A stretch of 64,000 bases of DNA from Anaerohalosphaeraceae bacterium. GTDB taxonomy: Bacteria; Planctomycetota; Phycisphaerae; Sedimentisphaerales; Anaerohalosphaeraceae. The stretch covers positions 128,001 to 192,000 of the forward strand of contig CAXXSL010000013.1 in NCBI GenBank assembly GCA_963675525.2, given 5' to 3'. Below the pieces are notes generated by a model. That model was not told where the DNA came from. It saw only the letters and a program-made list of their open reading frames with translations, and did not search any database. Positions 1 to 9,294 of this stretch are shown piece after piece (the first letter of the stretch is position 1; every line of letters begins with the position of its first letter). The position numbers were made by a program, and so were the translations under genes.

Positions 1-369
1 TTCCATTTTACCGGCAGGCGAAGAACTAAGTTCCTTTAAGCTGGCGGGAACACGTTCTGTGACCGCAACGTCTGTCAACATCATATCGGTCAAATTCGTC
101 AGCGTGATGCTGTACTCGAACGGTGCGTTGAGCTGGACCGTCGCAGGCATTGTTTTTTGCAGTCGGATCGCCCCGGATTTCATATAATCCACTGAAACCG
201 TATAGTCACCGCAAGCACCTGTTTTAGGCGCAGGAGCCGGTGCAGCAACCGGTGCTGGTTTGGGGGCCGGCTTTTGAACCACCGGTTGCGGCTGAGCGCC
301 GGGGCATGTACAGCCCACGATGCCAACCACCAAAATCATACATAATGTTGCCCAAATTAGAGTTTTCAT
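1..369 (-). CDS. DUF11-domain lipoprotein, OmcB-like (3' end runs off the window)
   Basis: Manually translated: MKTLIWATLCMILVVGIVGC (lipobox), Pro/Ala linker, then IRLQKTMPATVQLNAPFEYSITLTNLTDMMLTDVAVTERVP (DUF11-type). AGGAG RBS upstream. Absent from the ORF track because it is truncated. Confidence 0.75.
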   Translation of the reverse strand, partial: MKTLIWATLCMILVVGIVGCTCPGAQPQPVVQKPAPKPAPVAAPAPAPKTGACGDYTVSVDYMKSGAIRLQKTMPATVQLNAPFEYSITLTNLTDMMLTDVAVTERVPASLKELSSSPAGKME

Positions 370-674
370 AAAAATCTCCTATCTCTAAATAAAATTAAAC
401 GACTCTTACTTACATTCACGTAAACGGGTAAGATACTGAGAAACGATACTCAAGGCGGGGCCTTATTGTTTTTCGCACTTATCACCATACTGTTTTTTCT
501 CCCCTTTCGGAAAACAGTTCAGGTTGTTACTCAATCCGTTAAATCTATAATACGAACAAAACAGGAATATGTTAATTTATTTTTATGAAATAATGAAAAA
601 AATCTGCAATGTCCTGTTTTGATAAAAAAGAACTTAATTTCGTTAAAACATGTAATTACAACAGCTTAGTTTTA

Positions 675-703
675 TTGACCATCGCCCATCAAAGCCTTAT
701 AAT
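675..703 (+). promoter_or_regulatory. sigma70-type promoter for rmuC
   Basis: TTGACC-N17-TATAAT. Confidence 0.6.
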
Positions 704-730
704 ACACAAAAAATGAGAAAAGGTTATGCG

Positions 731-1750
731 ATGATTAATGTCCTGATTACGATTGTCATTCTGCTATTGATCGGCCTGGTGGTGCTGGTGGCGGTGATGA
801 TGCTGTCGCTGAGTGCATCCCGGCGGGAAGCCGCTCAGCAAAACGCCATCATTAAAACCGTGCAGGAAAATCTGGACGGGCTTCGCAAGAATCAGGAAAC
901 GCTGAACCAGTCGCTGGATAAAAAGCTCAGTTCCGGGCAGGAAAACATTTCCAACTTTCTGACGCACAGCCAGAAAACATTCGGTGAGCTTAAGGAGCAG
1001 ATCGGCAAACTCAAAAGCGACAGCGAACGGATGCTGCAGCTTGGTGCCGATGTGCGGAGTCTGCAGAATATTCTGAAAGCGCCAAAGCTGCGCGGGCAGA
1101 TGGGCGAGTTTTCATTGGCCGCCCTGCTGAAACAGATTCTGCCTGCAAACAGTTTTGTTTTACAGCATGGTTTTTCGAATGGCAAGATTGTCGATGCGAT
1201 GATCAAACTGCCGGATTTTTCGGTGTCCGTGGATGCGAAGTTTCCGCTGCCCGCGTTTGAACAGATGAACGCCGCGGCCGATGATGCTGAAAAAGCGAAA
1301 TTGCGCCGAACATTTCAAACCGATGTAACCCGGCACATCGATAAGATTGCCGAAAGTTATATCCTGCCGGCGGAAGGTACGCTGGACTTTGCCCTGATGT
1401 ACATTCCGGCGGAAAATGTGTATTACGAAACCATCGTGAAATATGATAACGACCGGATGGATTTGCTGAATTACGCATTGGAAAAGAAGGTAATTCCCGT
1501 TTCGCCGAATCTGCTGTATGCTTATTTGATGACCATCGTGATGGGCCTGCATGGTTTACAAATCGAGAAGGAGGCGGCCATGATACGGAAGAACCTGCAG
1601 CGACTGTCGGCAGGGTTGGTAACCTTTATGAGTAACTGGGAGGTGCTCGGCAGGCATCTGCGTAACGCACAGAACCAGTACGACGACGGACAAAAGAACC
1701 TGAGTAAATTTATGATACAGTTGGAGCAGATACAACAGGAGGATGAGTAG
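731..1750 (+). CDS. rmuC: DNA recombination protein RmuC
   Basis: N-terminal TM helix and coiled coil; motifs RGQMGE, DAKFP, DFALMYIPAE. Start 731 or 713. Confidence 0.9.
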   Translation: MINVLITIVILLLIGLVVLVAVMMLSLSASRREAAQQNAIIKTVQENLDGLRKNQETLNQSLDKKLSSGQENISNFLTHSQKTFGELKEQIGKLKSDSERMLQLGADVRSLQNILKAPKLRGQMGEFSLAALLKQILPANSFVLQHGFSNGKIVDAMIKLPDFSVSVDAKFPLPAFEQMNAAADDAEKAKLRRTFQTDVTRHIDKIAESYILPAEGTLDFALMYIPAENVYYETIVKYDNDRMDLLNYALEKKVIPVSPNLLYAYLMTIVMGLHGLQIEKEAAMIRKNLQRLSAGLVTFMSNWEVLGRHLRNAQNQYDDGQKNLSKFMIQLEQIQQEDE

Positions 1751-1819
1751 CATGAGATAATGTTTAGCCATGGCCGCCTTTGCACAGTTTTATTATCTGC
1801 TGTTTTGGATTAAGTAAAA

Positions 1820-2662
1820 TTGTTTGAAAAAGAAAAACAACAATCTGAAAATGTTCTGTTGTCCGAAATGCGGATTCTGAAGTCCGTAAAGCAAACTGTT
1901 GGCGGAATCGTAGCCTTACTACTGATGTGTTTCTTCATGTTATCCTTTGTCTTACTGGCGATATTTAACTTGGTTCTGTTTCGGGAAATGCCTATAAGCG
2001 GACTGCTCGCATCTGCGGTTTGGTTGTTGCTTATACTGCTGTGTGTTTGGGGATTGCACACATATAACGCAGGGCTACAGCATTCACTAATTTGTTTTAT
2101 GGGGGTTTTTTCTCATTATCATTTTGCAGCCGTGTGCCGACAGGCAGAAGGATGGGATGCACTTTGTTTTGGTTATAAATTATTGGGCTTCCGTTTCTAT
2201 CTTCTCAAAATCAAGTGCGAGGGTATACAGACCGTTGATTGGAGTACAGGGCAACTAAGTAGCCGTTTAGGACGAGATGCGAACGACTGGCATGTTGTTG
2301 TCTGGTATGATGAAAGGCAGGCAACGAAGGGGAGGAGTTGGGATTGTTTTGACAAATACGATCTTGGATTGTACATTGTTGGTCCTGAACAGGCGAAAAT
2401 CGAAGCGGAAAAACTTGGCAATCGTCTTGTCGCATTTTTGCGGAATGCGGATGTGGCTGCGGCGAAAAAGAATCTGCCGAATCCCATACTTTTAGAAGAA
2501 ATGGCCGCTGAAGCTGTCAATAAACACAAAATATATTTAGACGGCTATGGTGAATTTTACTATCGTTCGACAAAAGGGCATCTTAAAAGAGGCACTAAAG
2601 TCAGGGGCATCGAGAACAGAGGATTATCGCTTTATGTTGAGCCCATCGAGTCGGAAGCATAA
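1820..2662 (+). CDS. hypothetical membrane protein with NfeD-like C-terminal OB fold
   Basis: Two or more TM segments; C-terminus GEFYYRS..HLKRGTKVRGIENRGLSLYVEP resembles NfeD C-termini; AT-rich; start uncertain. Confidence 0.55.
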   Translation: MFEKEKQQSENVLLSEMRILKSVKQTVGGIVALLLMCFFMLSFVLLAIFNLVLFREMPISGLLASAVWLLLILLCVWGLHTYNAGLQHSLICFMGVFSHYHFAAVCRQAEGWDALCFGYKLLGFRFYLLKIKCEGIQTVDWSTGQLSSRLGRDANDWHVVVWYDERQATKGRSWDCFDKYDLGLYIVGPEQAKIEAEKLGNRLVAFLRNADVAAAKKNLPNPILLEEMAAEAVNKHKIYLDGYGEFYYRSTKGHLKRGTKVRGIENRGLSLYVEPIESEA

Positions 2663-2677
2663 CTTTAAGGACAAAAT

Positions 2678-3442
2678 ATGATTTATGAAGATTTGAGGGA
2701 CAAGCGGGTGTTGGTAACGGGGTCGAGCAGCGGGATCGGTGCGGCGACGGCGGCCCTTTTCGCACGGCAAGGCTGTTTTGTAGGCGTGCACTATTTCCGG
2801 ACAAAAGACGGCGGTGAGAAAACGCTGGCCGGTGTTCAGGAGGTTTCTGACGGGTGTCTTTTGCAGGCGGATATGCGTGATGAAGCACAGGTTACGGCGA
2901 TGATGCAGTCATTCATCGAACAGGCCGGCGGGCTGGATATCCTGGTGAACAATGCCGGAACGCTGCTGGGACGTGTCGATATTGAAGGCATGAGCGTCGA
3001 GCACTTTGACGATGAATTCGCAACCAATGCCAAAAGCACGTTTCTGGCAACCCGCGCGGCGATACCCCATCTGAAACAATCCGGCGGCTGCATTGTCAAT
3101 ATCGGCTCGGTGGCCGGACATAACGGCGGCGGAGGCGGTTCGGGGGTGTATGCTTCAGCCAAGGCGGCGGTACATACGATGACGATTGCGATGGCGGCTG
3201 AATTTTCCAAATACGGCATTCGCGTCAACAGCGTGCTGCCCGGGCTGATCGAGACGCGGTTTCATGAAAAATTCTCCACACCCGAACGGCGGGCCAAAAT
3301 GGCTCAAGCAACACCGCTCAAACGAAACGGAACGGCCGAAGATATCGCGAAAGTTATATTATTCTTAGCCAGCAGCGAAGCGGCCGGATTTATTACGGGT
3401 GAATACATCGCCGTCAATGGCGGACTGTATATGCGGGCGTAA
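2678..3442 (+). CDS. SDR family oxidoreductase (DEH reductase A1-R-like)
   Basis: TGSSSGIG, NNAG, YxxxK (YASAK). Confidence 0.9.
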   Translation: MIYEDLRDKRVLVTGSSSGIGAATAALFARQGCFVGVHYFRTKDGGEKTLAGVQEVSDGCLLQADMRDEAQVTAMMQSFIEQAGGLDILVNNAGTLLGRVDIEGMSVEHFDDEFATNAKSTFLATRAAIPHLKQSGGCIVNIGSVAGHNGGGGGSGVYASAKAAVHTMTIAMAAEFSKYGIRVNSVLPGLIETRFHEKFSTPERRAKMAQATPLKRNGTAEDIAKVILFLASSEAAGFITGEYIAVNGGLYMRA

Positions 3443-3450
3443 AAAGAATA

Positions 3451-3561
3451 TTAAATATCAAAATGTAAATATTAAAATTAAGGAATCCCGACTGCGTCGG
3501 GATAGCTGTTTAATAGATTCTTCGCTACGCTCAGAATGACAATTTGCACGGTCGGAATGAC
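3451..3561. repeat. intergenic repeat cluster: 4x7-bp periodic AT tract, hairpin, palindromic GATTCTTCGCTACGCTCAGAATGAC element
   Basis: TTAAATA TCAAAAT GTAAATA TTAAAAT (3451-3478); TCCCGAC-TGC-GTCGGGA; element at 3516-3540; lies between convergent genes. Confidence 0.55.
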
Positions 3562-3579
3562 GGTTACTGATTTTCCATA

Positions 3580-4455
3580 CTACTCAAACAGCGGGGCCAG
3601 TTCGGCTTTGACGGCCGGGTCGATGGCATTGGGGTTGGTCCAGACGGCCAGTTCAAGACTTTTTCGGCAATCACAGGATTCATCGCACAAAGCGCCATCT
3701 GTATCCAGCACTTTTTCGATCAGCTCAATCGCATTGTTCGTCGCTTTGTTCAGGTTGCCGATGATCTCGGACAGCAGACTTTGTTTGTCCATATCGGGGT
3801 CGTGCTCGCGCCAGCAGTCGTAGTCGCTGGCCAGGGCCACCAGTGCATAGCACATCTGGGCTTCACGGGCCAGCTTGGCCTCGGGCATGGCGGTCATACC
3901 GATCAGGTCGCCGCCCAACGCCCGGTGCATGAGCGATTCGGCGCGGGTGGAGAACTGCGGCCCTTCCATGCAGATATACGTGCCGTAGGCATGGGTGACA
4001 GCTTCGGTTTTCTCGGCCACCATCATCATCTGCTCACGCAGACGCTGACAGCACGGTTGGGCAAACTCGGTATGGACCGCGCCGAGTTTATCAAAGAAAG
4101 TATTTTGGCGGCGAAAGGTTTTGTCGATGAACTGATCGACGAGAACCAGATGCCCCGGTTCGATCTCCTGACACAGGGAACCGACGGCCGCACTGGCGAT
4201 GAGCGTGGTGACGCCGAGTTTTTTAAGGGCGAAGATATTGGCGGCATAGGGCACAACGCTGGGATTAAAACGGTGGCCTGTACCGTGACGAGCGAGAAAG
4301 GCGATCTTGTTTTTGCCGAGTTTGCCGACCATGACGGGGCTGCTGGGTGAACCGAAGGGTGTTTGTACGTTTTCTTCCGTCACGTCCTGAATTTTAGCGG
4401 CTAAGGCGTCGCCAAGTCCGCTTCCTCCAATAATCCCGATCAGTTTGTCCGTCAT
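3580..4455 (-). CDS. mtnP: S-methyl-5'-thioadenosine phosphorylase
   Basis: IGIIGGSG, LARHG, EGPQFSTRAES, GMTAMPEAKLAREA, SDYDCW. Confidence 0.93.
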   Translation of the reverse strand: MTDKLIGIIGGSGLGDALAAKIQDVTEENVQTPFGSPSSPVMVGKLGKNKIAFLARHGTGHRFNPSVVPYAANIFALKKLGVTTLIASAAVGSLCQEIEPGHLVLVDQFIDKTFRRQNTFFDKLGAVHTEFAQPCCQRLREQMMMVAEKTEAVTHAYGTYICMEGPQFSTRAESLMHRALGGDLIGMTAMPEAKLAREAQMCYALVALASDYDCWREHDPDMDKQSLLSEIIGNLNKATNNAIELIEKVLDTDGALCDESCDCRKSLELAVWTNPNAIDPAVKAELAPLFE

Positions 4456-4493
4456 GGTTTTTCCTTTTTAAAAAATTGTGACACTAACTTCTT

Positions 4494-4582
4494 TCGCCCC
4501 TTCGGGGCTTAAAGAAAGGAAGATTCCTTCTTTCCGGGGGCTCACGCCCCCGGCTATGATACTTATGACCCCGTTGGGGTCT
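4494..4582. repeat. three-hairpin REP-like element
   Basis: TCGCCCC-TTC-GGGGCT / CCGGGGGC-TCAC-GCCCCCGG-CTA / GACCCC-GTT-GGGGTC; same layout at 40310-40405 and inverted at 40475-40557. Confidence 0.7.
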
Positions 4583-4660
4583 GAAAATACCTGTTCTCAA
4601 TAGAACAAGAATTGCTAACTTTCATCCACCTCATTTCATTCGGTGGCTGCCACCCTGCCG

Positions 4661-5158
4661 TTACACGTCGTTGTCAGCTTTTTCCAACAACCAATCATGT
4701 AATAAATATAAATCGGTCCCGATTCCTTTTATATAAGGCACTTCTCTAATACGTCTACATAAAGTATACATTTCTTCCTTAGAAACTGAATCCTTATTAA
4801 TTAATGTAAGGAACTCTTCAGTAAGTTCACAATGCACATTAATAAAGTCATAATTTGTTTGAGTAATAAAATTTCTCAATTCATCTATCAGGTGATGTGC
4901 TGTTTCTAAAACTTCATTTTGCGAACAAGAAATATAATGTTTTGAAAAACAATATAACTTTGGAGTCTTACCTTTGCATCGACGTTTGAAATTAATACAA
5001 AAAGATTTAACAGAGTGAGAAATTCCCAGAAAAAGTCCCAAAGTAATGGTCACTAATAATGCCAAAAGTGATACTACAAAAACAATCGGACTTAGAATGA
5101 TTTTAATAAAAAACAAAAGCGTTTTGTACTTAGGCTTGTTTCTCATTGTAGCATTCAT
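4661..5158 (-). CDS. hypothetical membrane protein (AT-rich)
   Basis: Open frame with N-terminal hydrophobic segment; much lower GC than neighbours; start 5158 or 5146. Confidence 0.55.
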   Translation of the reverse strand: MNATMRNKPKYKTLLFFIKIILSPIVFVVSLLALLVTITLGLFLGISHSVKSFCINFKRRCKGKTPKLYCFSKHYISCSQNEVLETAHHLIDELRNFITQTNYDFINVHCELTEEFLTLINKDSVSKEEMYTLCRRIREVPYIKGIGTDLYLLHDWLLEKADNDV

Positions 5159-5171
5159 CGTTCTGTGACTT

Positions 5172-6212
5172 TCATTCAAATAAACCTGTTTCCCCCGCAC
5201 CTTTCTTTTTCGAGTTTACATTAAGCCCAAGGTGTTTGCAGGCGGCGGGGGTGATTTCTCGGCCGCGTTTGGTTCGTCGGACAAAACCGATTTGCAGCAA
5301 ATACGGTTCAACCACATCTTCCAGGGTGTCGCGTTCCTCGCCGAGGGTGGCAGCCATTGCTTCGATACCGGCCGGACCGCCGTCGTAAACCTTGATCAAG
5401 GCCCGCAGGAAATTGCGGTCCAGTTCATCCAGACCGAGGTGGTCGATCTGTTCCATCTTGAGAGCGTTTTCGACGATTTCGGTGGTCAGCTTGCCGGAAC
5501 CTTTGACCTGTGCGTAATCGCGCACGCGCTTAAGCAGACGATTGGCGACACGCGGCGTGCCCCGGCTGCGAGAGGCAACCATTTCCAGCGTGCCGTCGTC
5601 ACTTTTCAGTTCCAAGAGACCAGCCGAACGGCTTAAAATATCCGTCAGTTCGTCGACGTTATAAAATTCCAGATGATGCAGCATCCCAAAGCGTCCACGC
5701 AATGGAGCACTCAACAGACCGGCACGGGTGGTGGCTCCGATGAGCGTAAAGCGTTTCAGCGGAAAGTTAATCGTTTTAGCATGCATGCCGCTGTCGACCG
5801 TAAAATCAACCTTGAAGTCTTCCATTGCCGGGTAGATGAATTCTTCGACGGGCGCACTGAGGCGGTGAATCTCGTCGATGAAGAGCACGTCGCCGGTGTT
5901 GATGTTGGAGAGCAGACCCATCAGATCGCCCTGCTTGGTGATGGCCGGGCCGGAGGTGACACGGATGTTGGCGCCCATTTCGTTGGCGATGACATGGGCC
6001 AGCGTGGTTTTGCCAAGCCCCGGCGGGCCGTAAAAGAGGATATGCTCCAGCGGTTCATTGCGCTTTTGAGCCGCCTGAACAGCGATGGACAGCTTTTCCT
6101 TGACATTCTTTTGCCCGATGCATTCGGCCAGTTTTTGCGGCCGCAGCGCACTGTTGAACTGCTCTTCGCCCTCCCCGCGTGATTGACCGCTTAATACTCT
6201 ATCAATTGCCAT
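5172..6212 (-). CDS. ruvB: Holliday junction branch migration helicase RuvB
   Basis: LRP, GPPGLGKTTLA, FIDEIHRL, SRGTPRVANRLL, EPYLLQ. Confidence 0.98.
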   Translation of the reverse strand: MAIDRVLSGQSRGEGEEQFNSALRPQKLAECIGQKNVKEKLSIAVQAAQKRNEPLEHILFYGPPGLGKTTLAHVIANEMGANIRVTSGPAITKQGDLMGLLSNINTGDVLFIDEIHRLSAPVEEFIYPAMEDFKVDFTVDSGMHAKTINFPLKRFTLIGATTRAGLLSAPLRGRFGMLHHLEFYNVDELTDILSRSAGLLELKSDDGTLEMVASRSRGTPRVANRLLKRVRDYAQVKGSGKLTTEIVENALKMEQIDHLGLDELDRNFLRALIKVYDGGPAGIEAMAATLGEERDTLEDVVEPYLLQIGFVRRTKRGREITPAACKHLGLNVNSKKKGAGETGLFE

Positions 6213-6223
6213 AATTTTTTTCT

Positions 6224-6637
6224 TTAGACAGGATTAACGGGATTAACAGGATTTTTTTTAGTATATAACCTGATGTCCCTTACTTTTCGTTTTATCTCTA
6301 CGCTTTTTTCACCAAAGTTAATAATTAACCCGATATCTTTTCCTGTTGCAGACAAGTAATTGACCAATTGGACCTCATGAGCTTTGACAATCTGCCTAAC
6401 CGGTTTTAGTTCTACAATAATCACATCATCAATTAAAATATCCGCTTTAAACTCTCCAACAATATTTCCTTCGTACTGGACAAGAATATCTTTTTGAGCC
6501 TCTGCATGAATACCGGCCTTTTGCAACTCAATTAAAAGGCATTTTTCATATACCGATTCAAGAAAACCAAAACCCATTATATTATAAACTTTATAAGCAC
6601 AACCAATAACTTTATCCGTAAGCCCCTCATATTTCAT
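6224..6637 (-). CDS. GxxExxY protein (PD-(D/E)XK nuclease-like)
   Basis: GFGFLESVY (GxxExxY), ADILIDDVIIVELK, QLVNYL, GLIINFG. Confidence 0.9.
   Translation of the reverse strand: MKYEGLTDKVIGCAYKVYNIMGFGFLESVYEKCLLIELQKAGIHAEAQKDILVQYEGNIVGEFKADILIDDVIIVELKPVRQIVKAHEVQLVNYLSATGKDIGLIINFGEKSVEIKRKVRDIRLYTKKNPVNPVNPV
6227..6253. repeat. left 9-bp-periodic inverted arm of the GxxExxY cassette
   Basis: GACAGGATTAACGGGATTAACAGGATT; 23/27 match to the reverse complement of 6646-6672. Confidence 0.85.
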
Positions 6638-6645
6638 TTTTATTT

Positions 6646-6672
6646 AATCCTGTATATCCTGTAAATCCTGTC
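6646..6672. repeat. right 9-bp-periodic inverted arm of the GxxExxY cassette
   Basis: AATCCTGTATATCCTGTAAATCCTGTC. Confidence 0.85.
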
Positions 6673-6684
6673 TGAAAAAATTTC

Positions 6685-7314
6685 TTATGCCTCAATTCCT
6701 TGCTTAACACGATATGTCAATGGCACCAATTCTTCGGCGGATTTAATATCCGGATGTTTTTTGCAGGTCAGTTCAATCAACTCCATCGCTTCGTTTCGTT
6801 TTTCGCCCCAGGCAATTAAAATCTCCAAAGCCTCGGTCTGGAACGAACTAAAGGCCGAAGCAGGTCTGCCGGAAGGCGACGATGAAAAGGCAAACTCGCC
6901 CAGTTTTCCCTGTAGTTCGGCGACAATTAATTGCGCAAAACGCTTACCGACCGCCGGAAGCGAGATGAGCATTTTTTCATCACCGGCTTCAATGGCATCG
7001 GCGATCCGCGCGATCGGGATCGTCAAAGATTTCAAACCTTTTTTGATTCCCATACCCTTGACGCTTGTATAATGTGTGAAGAAGGATTTTTCCGCCTGCG
7101 TCAAAAAGCCCACCAACCGGGGAATCAGATTGCCGCCGCCGGGCGTACCTTCGTAATATTCCATCGTACACAGAACGATCTCGCTGCCGATCCGGCCGGA
7201 CAATTGACTAACCGCATATCCGGGCAGCATGACTTCATAACAAATCGCCCCGACCTGCACAAGGCATTTATCCGTTCCGAGTGAAACTAGTTTTCCTTCA
7301 ATCTGCGCTATCAT
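6685..7314 (-). CDS. ruvA: Holliday junction DNA-binding protein RuvA
   Basis: MIAQIEGKL N-terminus, HhH motifs VKGMG and LPAVGKR, ELQGKL; position in the ruvCAB cluster. Confidence 0.93.
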   Translation of the reverse strand: MIAQIEGKLVSLGTDKCLVQVGAICYEVMLPGYAVSQLSGRIGSEIVLCTMEYYEGTPGGGNLIPRLVGFLTQAEKSFFTHYTSVKGMGIKKGLKSLTIPIARIADAIEAGDEKMLISLPAVGKRFAQLIVAELQGKLGEFAFSSSPSGRPASAFSSFQTEALEILIAWGEKRNEAMELIELTCKKHPDIKSAEELVPLTYRVKQGIEA

Positions 7315-7793
7315 AATTTTTTATCGCCTTCACTTGCACAGCATAACGCAATCGCAATTGCATCGGCCACATCCGCCGGTTCCGGCACTTCCGGCAGGGC
7401 CAGTATCGTCTGGATGGCCCGCTGCATCTGGCTCTTGGCGGCTCGTCCGTTTCCGGTCAGCGACTTTTTGATGCGCGTCGCCGCATAACTTTTCACTTCA
7501 GCACCGGATTCGGCCGCTTTCTGCAGGATCACGCCGCGAGCGTGCCCCATCAATATCGCTGTCCGCGGGTGTTTATAATGAGCATACAATTGCTCGACAG
7601 CCACAATTTTGGGCTTGTGACTCTTTAATATCAGCCCAATGTCTTCGGCGATCTGATTGAGCCGCATCTCCAGCGGCGCCTTGCCGTCAGTGCGAAACAC
7701 ACCGGCTTCGATCAACTTCGTTTCCGCACAGCTAGCCTCAATCACCGCATAGCCGCACACCTGCAATCCCGGATCGATACCGAGAATTTTCAT
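7311..7793 (-). CDS. ruvC: crossover junction endodeoxyribonuclease RuvC
   Basis: ILGIDPG, AVEQ, GNGRAAK, DVADAIAIA. Confidence 0.96.
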   Translation of the reverse strand: MKILGIDPGLQVCGYAVIEASCAETKLIEAGVFRTDGKAPLEMRLNQIAEDIGLILKSHKPKIVAVEQLYAHYKHPRTAILMGHARGVILQKAAESGAEVKSYAATRIKKSLTGNGRAAKSQMQRAIQTILALPEVPEPADVADAIAIALCCASEGDKKL

Positions 7794-7804
7794 TGCCTCT
7801 CCCA

Positions 7805-9229
7805 CTAAGCACCCCTGCGTTTGATCCGGTAGTCATGGCCCGGCATATCTTCAAGCACAAACCCTTTGGCCGTCAGCTCATCGCGAATTTCATCGGCCCG
7901 TGCCCAGTTCTTCGACAGCTTGGCTTGTTTACGTTCTTCGGCCAATTCCATAATTTCCGGCGGTATTTCATCGCCGACGGTCTCCAGTACGCCCAGTACC
8001 GAGTCAATTTTTTCTATCGCTTCGAGAATTGCCTGAGCTTCAGCCATATTCGCGTCGGTCAATTTATTGGCCTCTTTGACAAGCTCGAACACACCCGCCA
8101 ATGCCTTTGACATATTCAGATCATCCGACAGGGCTTCGTCAAAATCATTGATCGCTTTTTCAATAAAAGCGGTCACTTCATCCCGAACCATATCGCCCTG
8201 GCCGCTAACCTGCCGGAGCAGGAAGGCGCATTGGCTGATCTTATCAATTGCCTGTTCGGCGGCCTTCAATCCGTCAAAAGTAAAATTGTAGTTCTGACGG
8301 TAATGCGAAGAGATCAGTGCGTACCGGATCGCGTTTTTCTTAAAGCCTTTTTCAACCAGTTCCTGAATCGTATAAAGATTGCCCTTGGACTTGGACATTT
8401 TTTCACCATCGAACATCAAGAAACGGGCATGCATCCAGTACCGGACCCATTTTTTGCCGGAAGCCCCTTCGGATTGTGCGATCTCACATTCATGGTGCGG
8501 GAAGATATTGTCCTCACCGCCGGTATGAAAATCAAACTGCTGACCCAGATATTTGGTACTCATCGCCGAGCATTCAATATGCCAGCCGGGGAATCCCCTG
8601 CCCCACGGACTGTCCCACTGCTGGATATGGCGGGGGTCATGCTTCCACAGCGCAAAGTCCTGCGGATTTTTTTTCTCGGCGTTGACTTCGATTCTTGCTC
8701 CGGCGTTCAGATCATCCAGCGTATTGCCGGACAATCGGCCGTAGTCGTTGAACGTCGTCACATCATAATACACATTATGACCGACCACATAGGCATGGCC
8801 CTTCTCGATCAGTGTCCGAACCATGTCTATCATTTCATGAATATGTTCGGTCGCCCGCGGGTAACTGTCGGCAGGTTTTATATTCAGCATCTTGCTGGCC
8901 GTCATAAACGAATCGATATAGATCTGCGCGATTTCCAGCGGGTCTTTTTTCTCTTTGCGTGCCGCTTCTTCGAGTTTGTCGGCACCCTCATCGGCATCGT
9001 CGAGCAAATGTCCGACATCGGTGATGTTCATAATATGCGATACGGCAAAGCCCTTAAACTCAAAAAACCGTTTCAGCAAGTCGGCCATCAGAAAGGATCG
9101 AAAATTACCGATATGCGGATGCGAATAGACGGTCGGGCCGCAACTATATATTTTAACGTTACCCGCCTCGACCGGCTCAAACGGCTCGACTTTTTTTGAG
9201 TAGGTGTTATAAAATCTAATATCACTCAT
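7805..9229 (-). CDS. cysS: cysteine--tRNA ligase
   Basis: YSCGPTVY, HIGN, PGWHIECSAM, FPHHECE, KMSKS. The ORF extension to 9262 runs into a repeat. Confidence 0.98.
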   Translation of the reverse strand: MSDIRFYNTYSKKVEPFEPVEAGNVKIYSCGPTVYSHPHIGNFRSFLMADLLKRFFEFKGFAVSHIMNITDVGHLLDDADEGADKLEEAARKEKKDPLEIAQIYIDSFMTASKMLNIKPADSYPRATEHIHEMIDMVRTLIEKGHAYVVGHNVYYDVTTFNDYGRLSGNTLDDLNAGARIEVNAEKKNPQDFALWKHDPRHIQQWDSPWGRGFPGWHIECSAMSTKYLGQQFDFHTGGEDNIFPHHECEIAQSEGASGKKWVRYWMHARFLMFDGEKMSKSKGNLYTIQELVEKGFKKNAIRYALISSHYRQNYNFTFDGLKAAEQAIDKISQCAFLLRQVSGQGDMVRDEVTAFIEKAINDFDEALSDDLNMSKALAGVFELVKEANKLTDANMAEAQAILEAIEKIDSVLGVLETVGDEIPPEIMELAEERKQAKLSKNWARADEIRDELTAKGFVLEDMPGHDYRIKRRGA

Positions 9230-9250
9230 TGCTCTGTCATTCTCTAAAAA

Positions 9251-9280
9251 AATCTGTGTCATCTCACGTTAATCTGTGTT
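9251..9280. repeat. solo 9/10-bp-periodic arm
   Basis: AATCTGTGTCATCTCACGTTAATCTGTGTT between ispF and cysS. Confidence 0.55.
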
Positions 9281-9294
9281 AAATTTTATAACGT

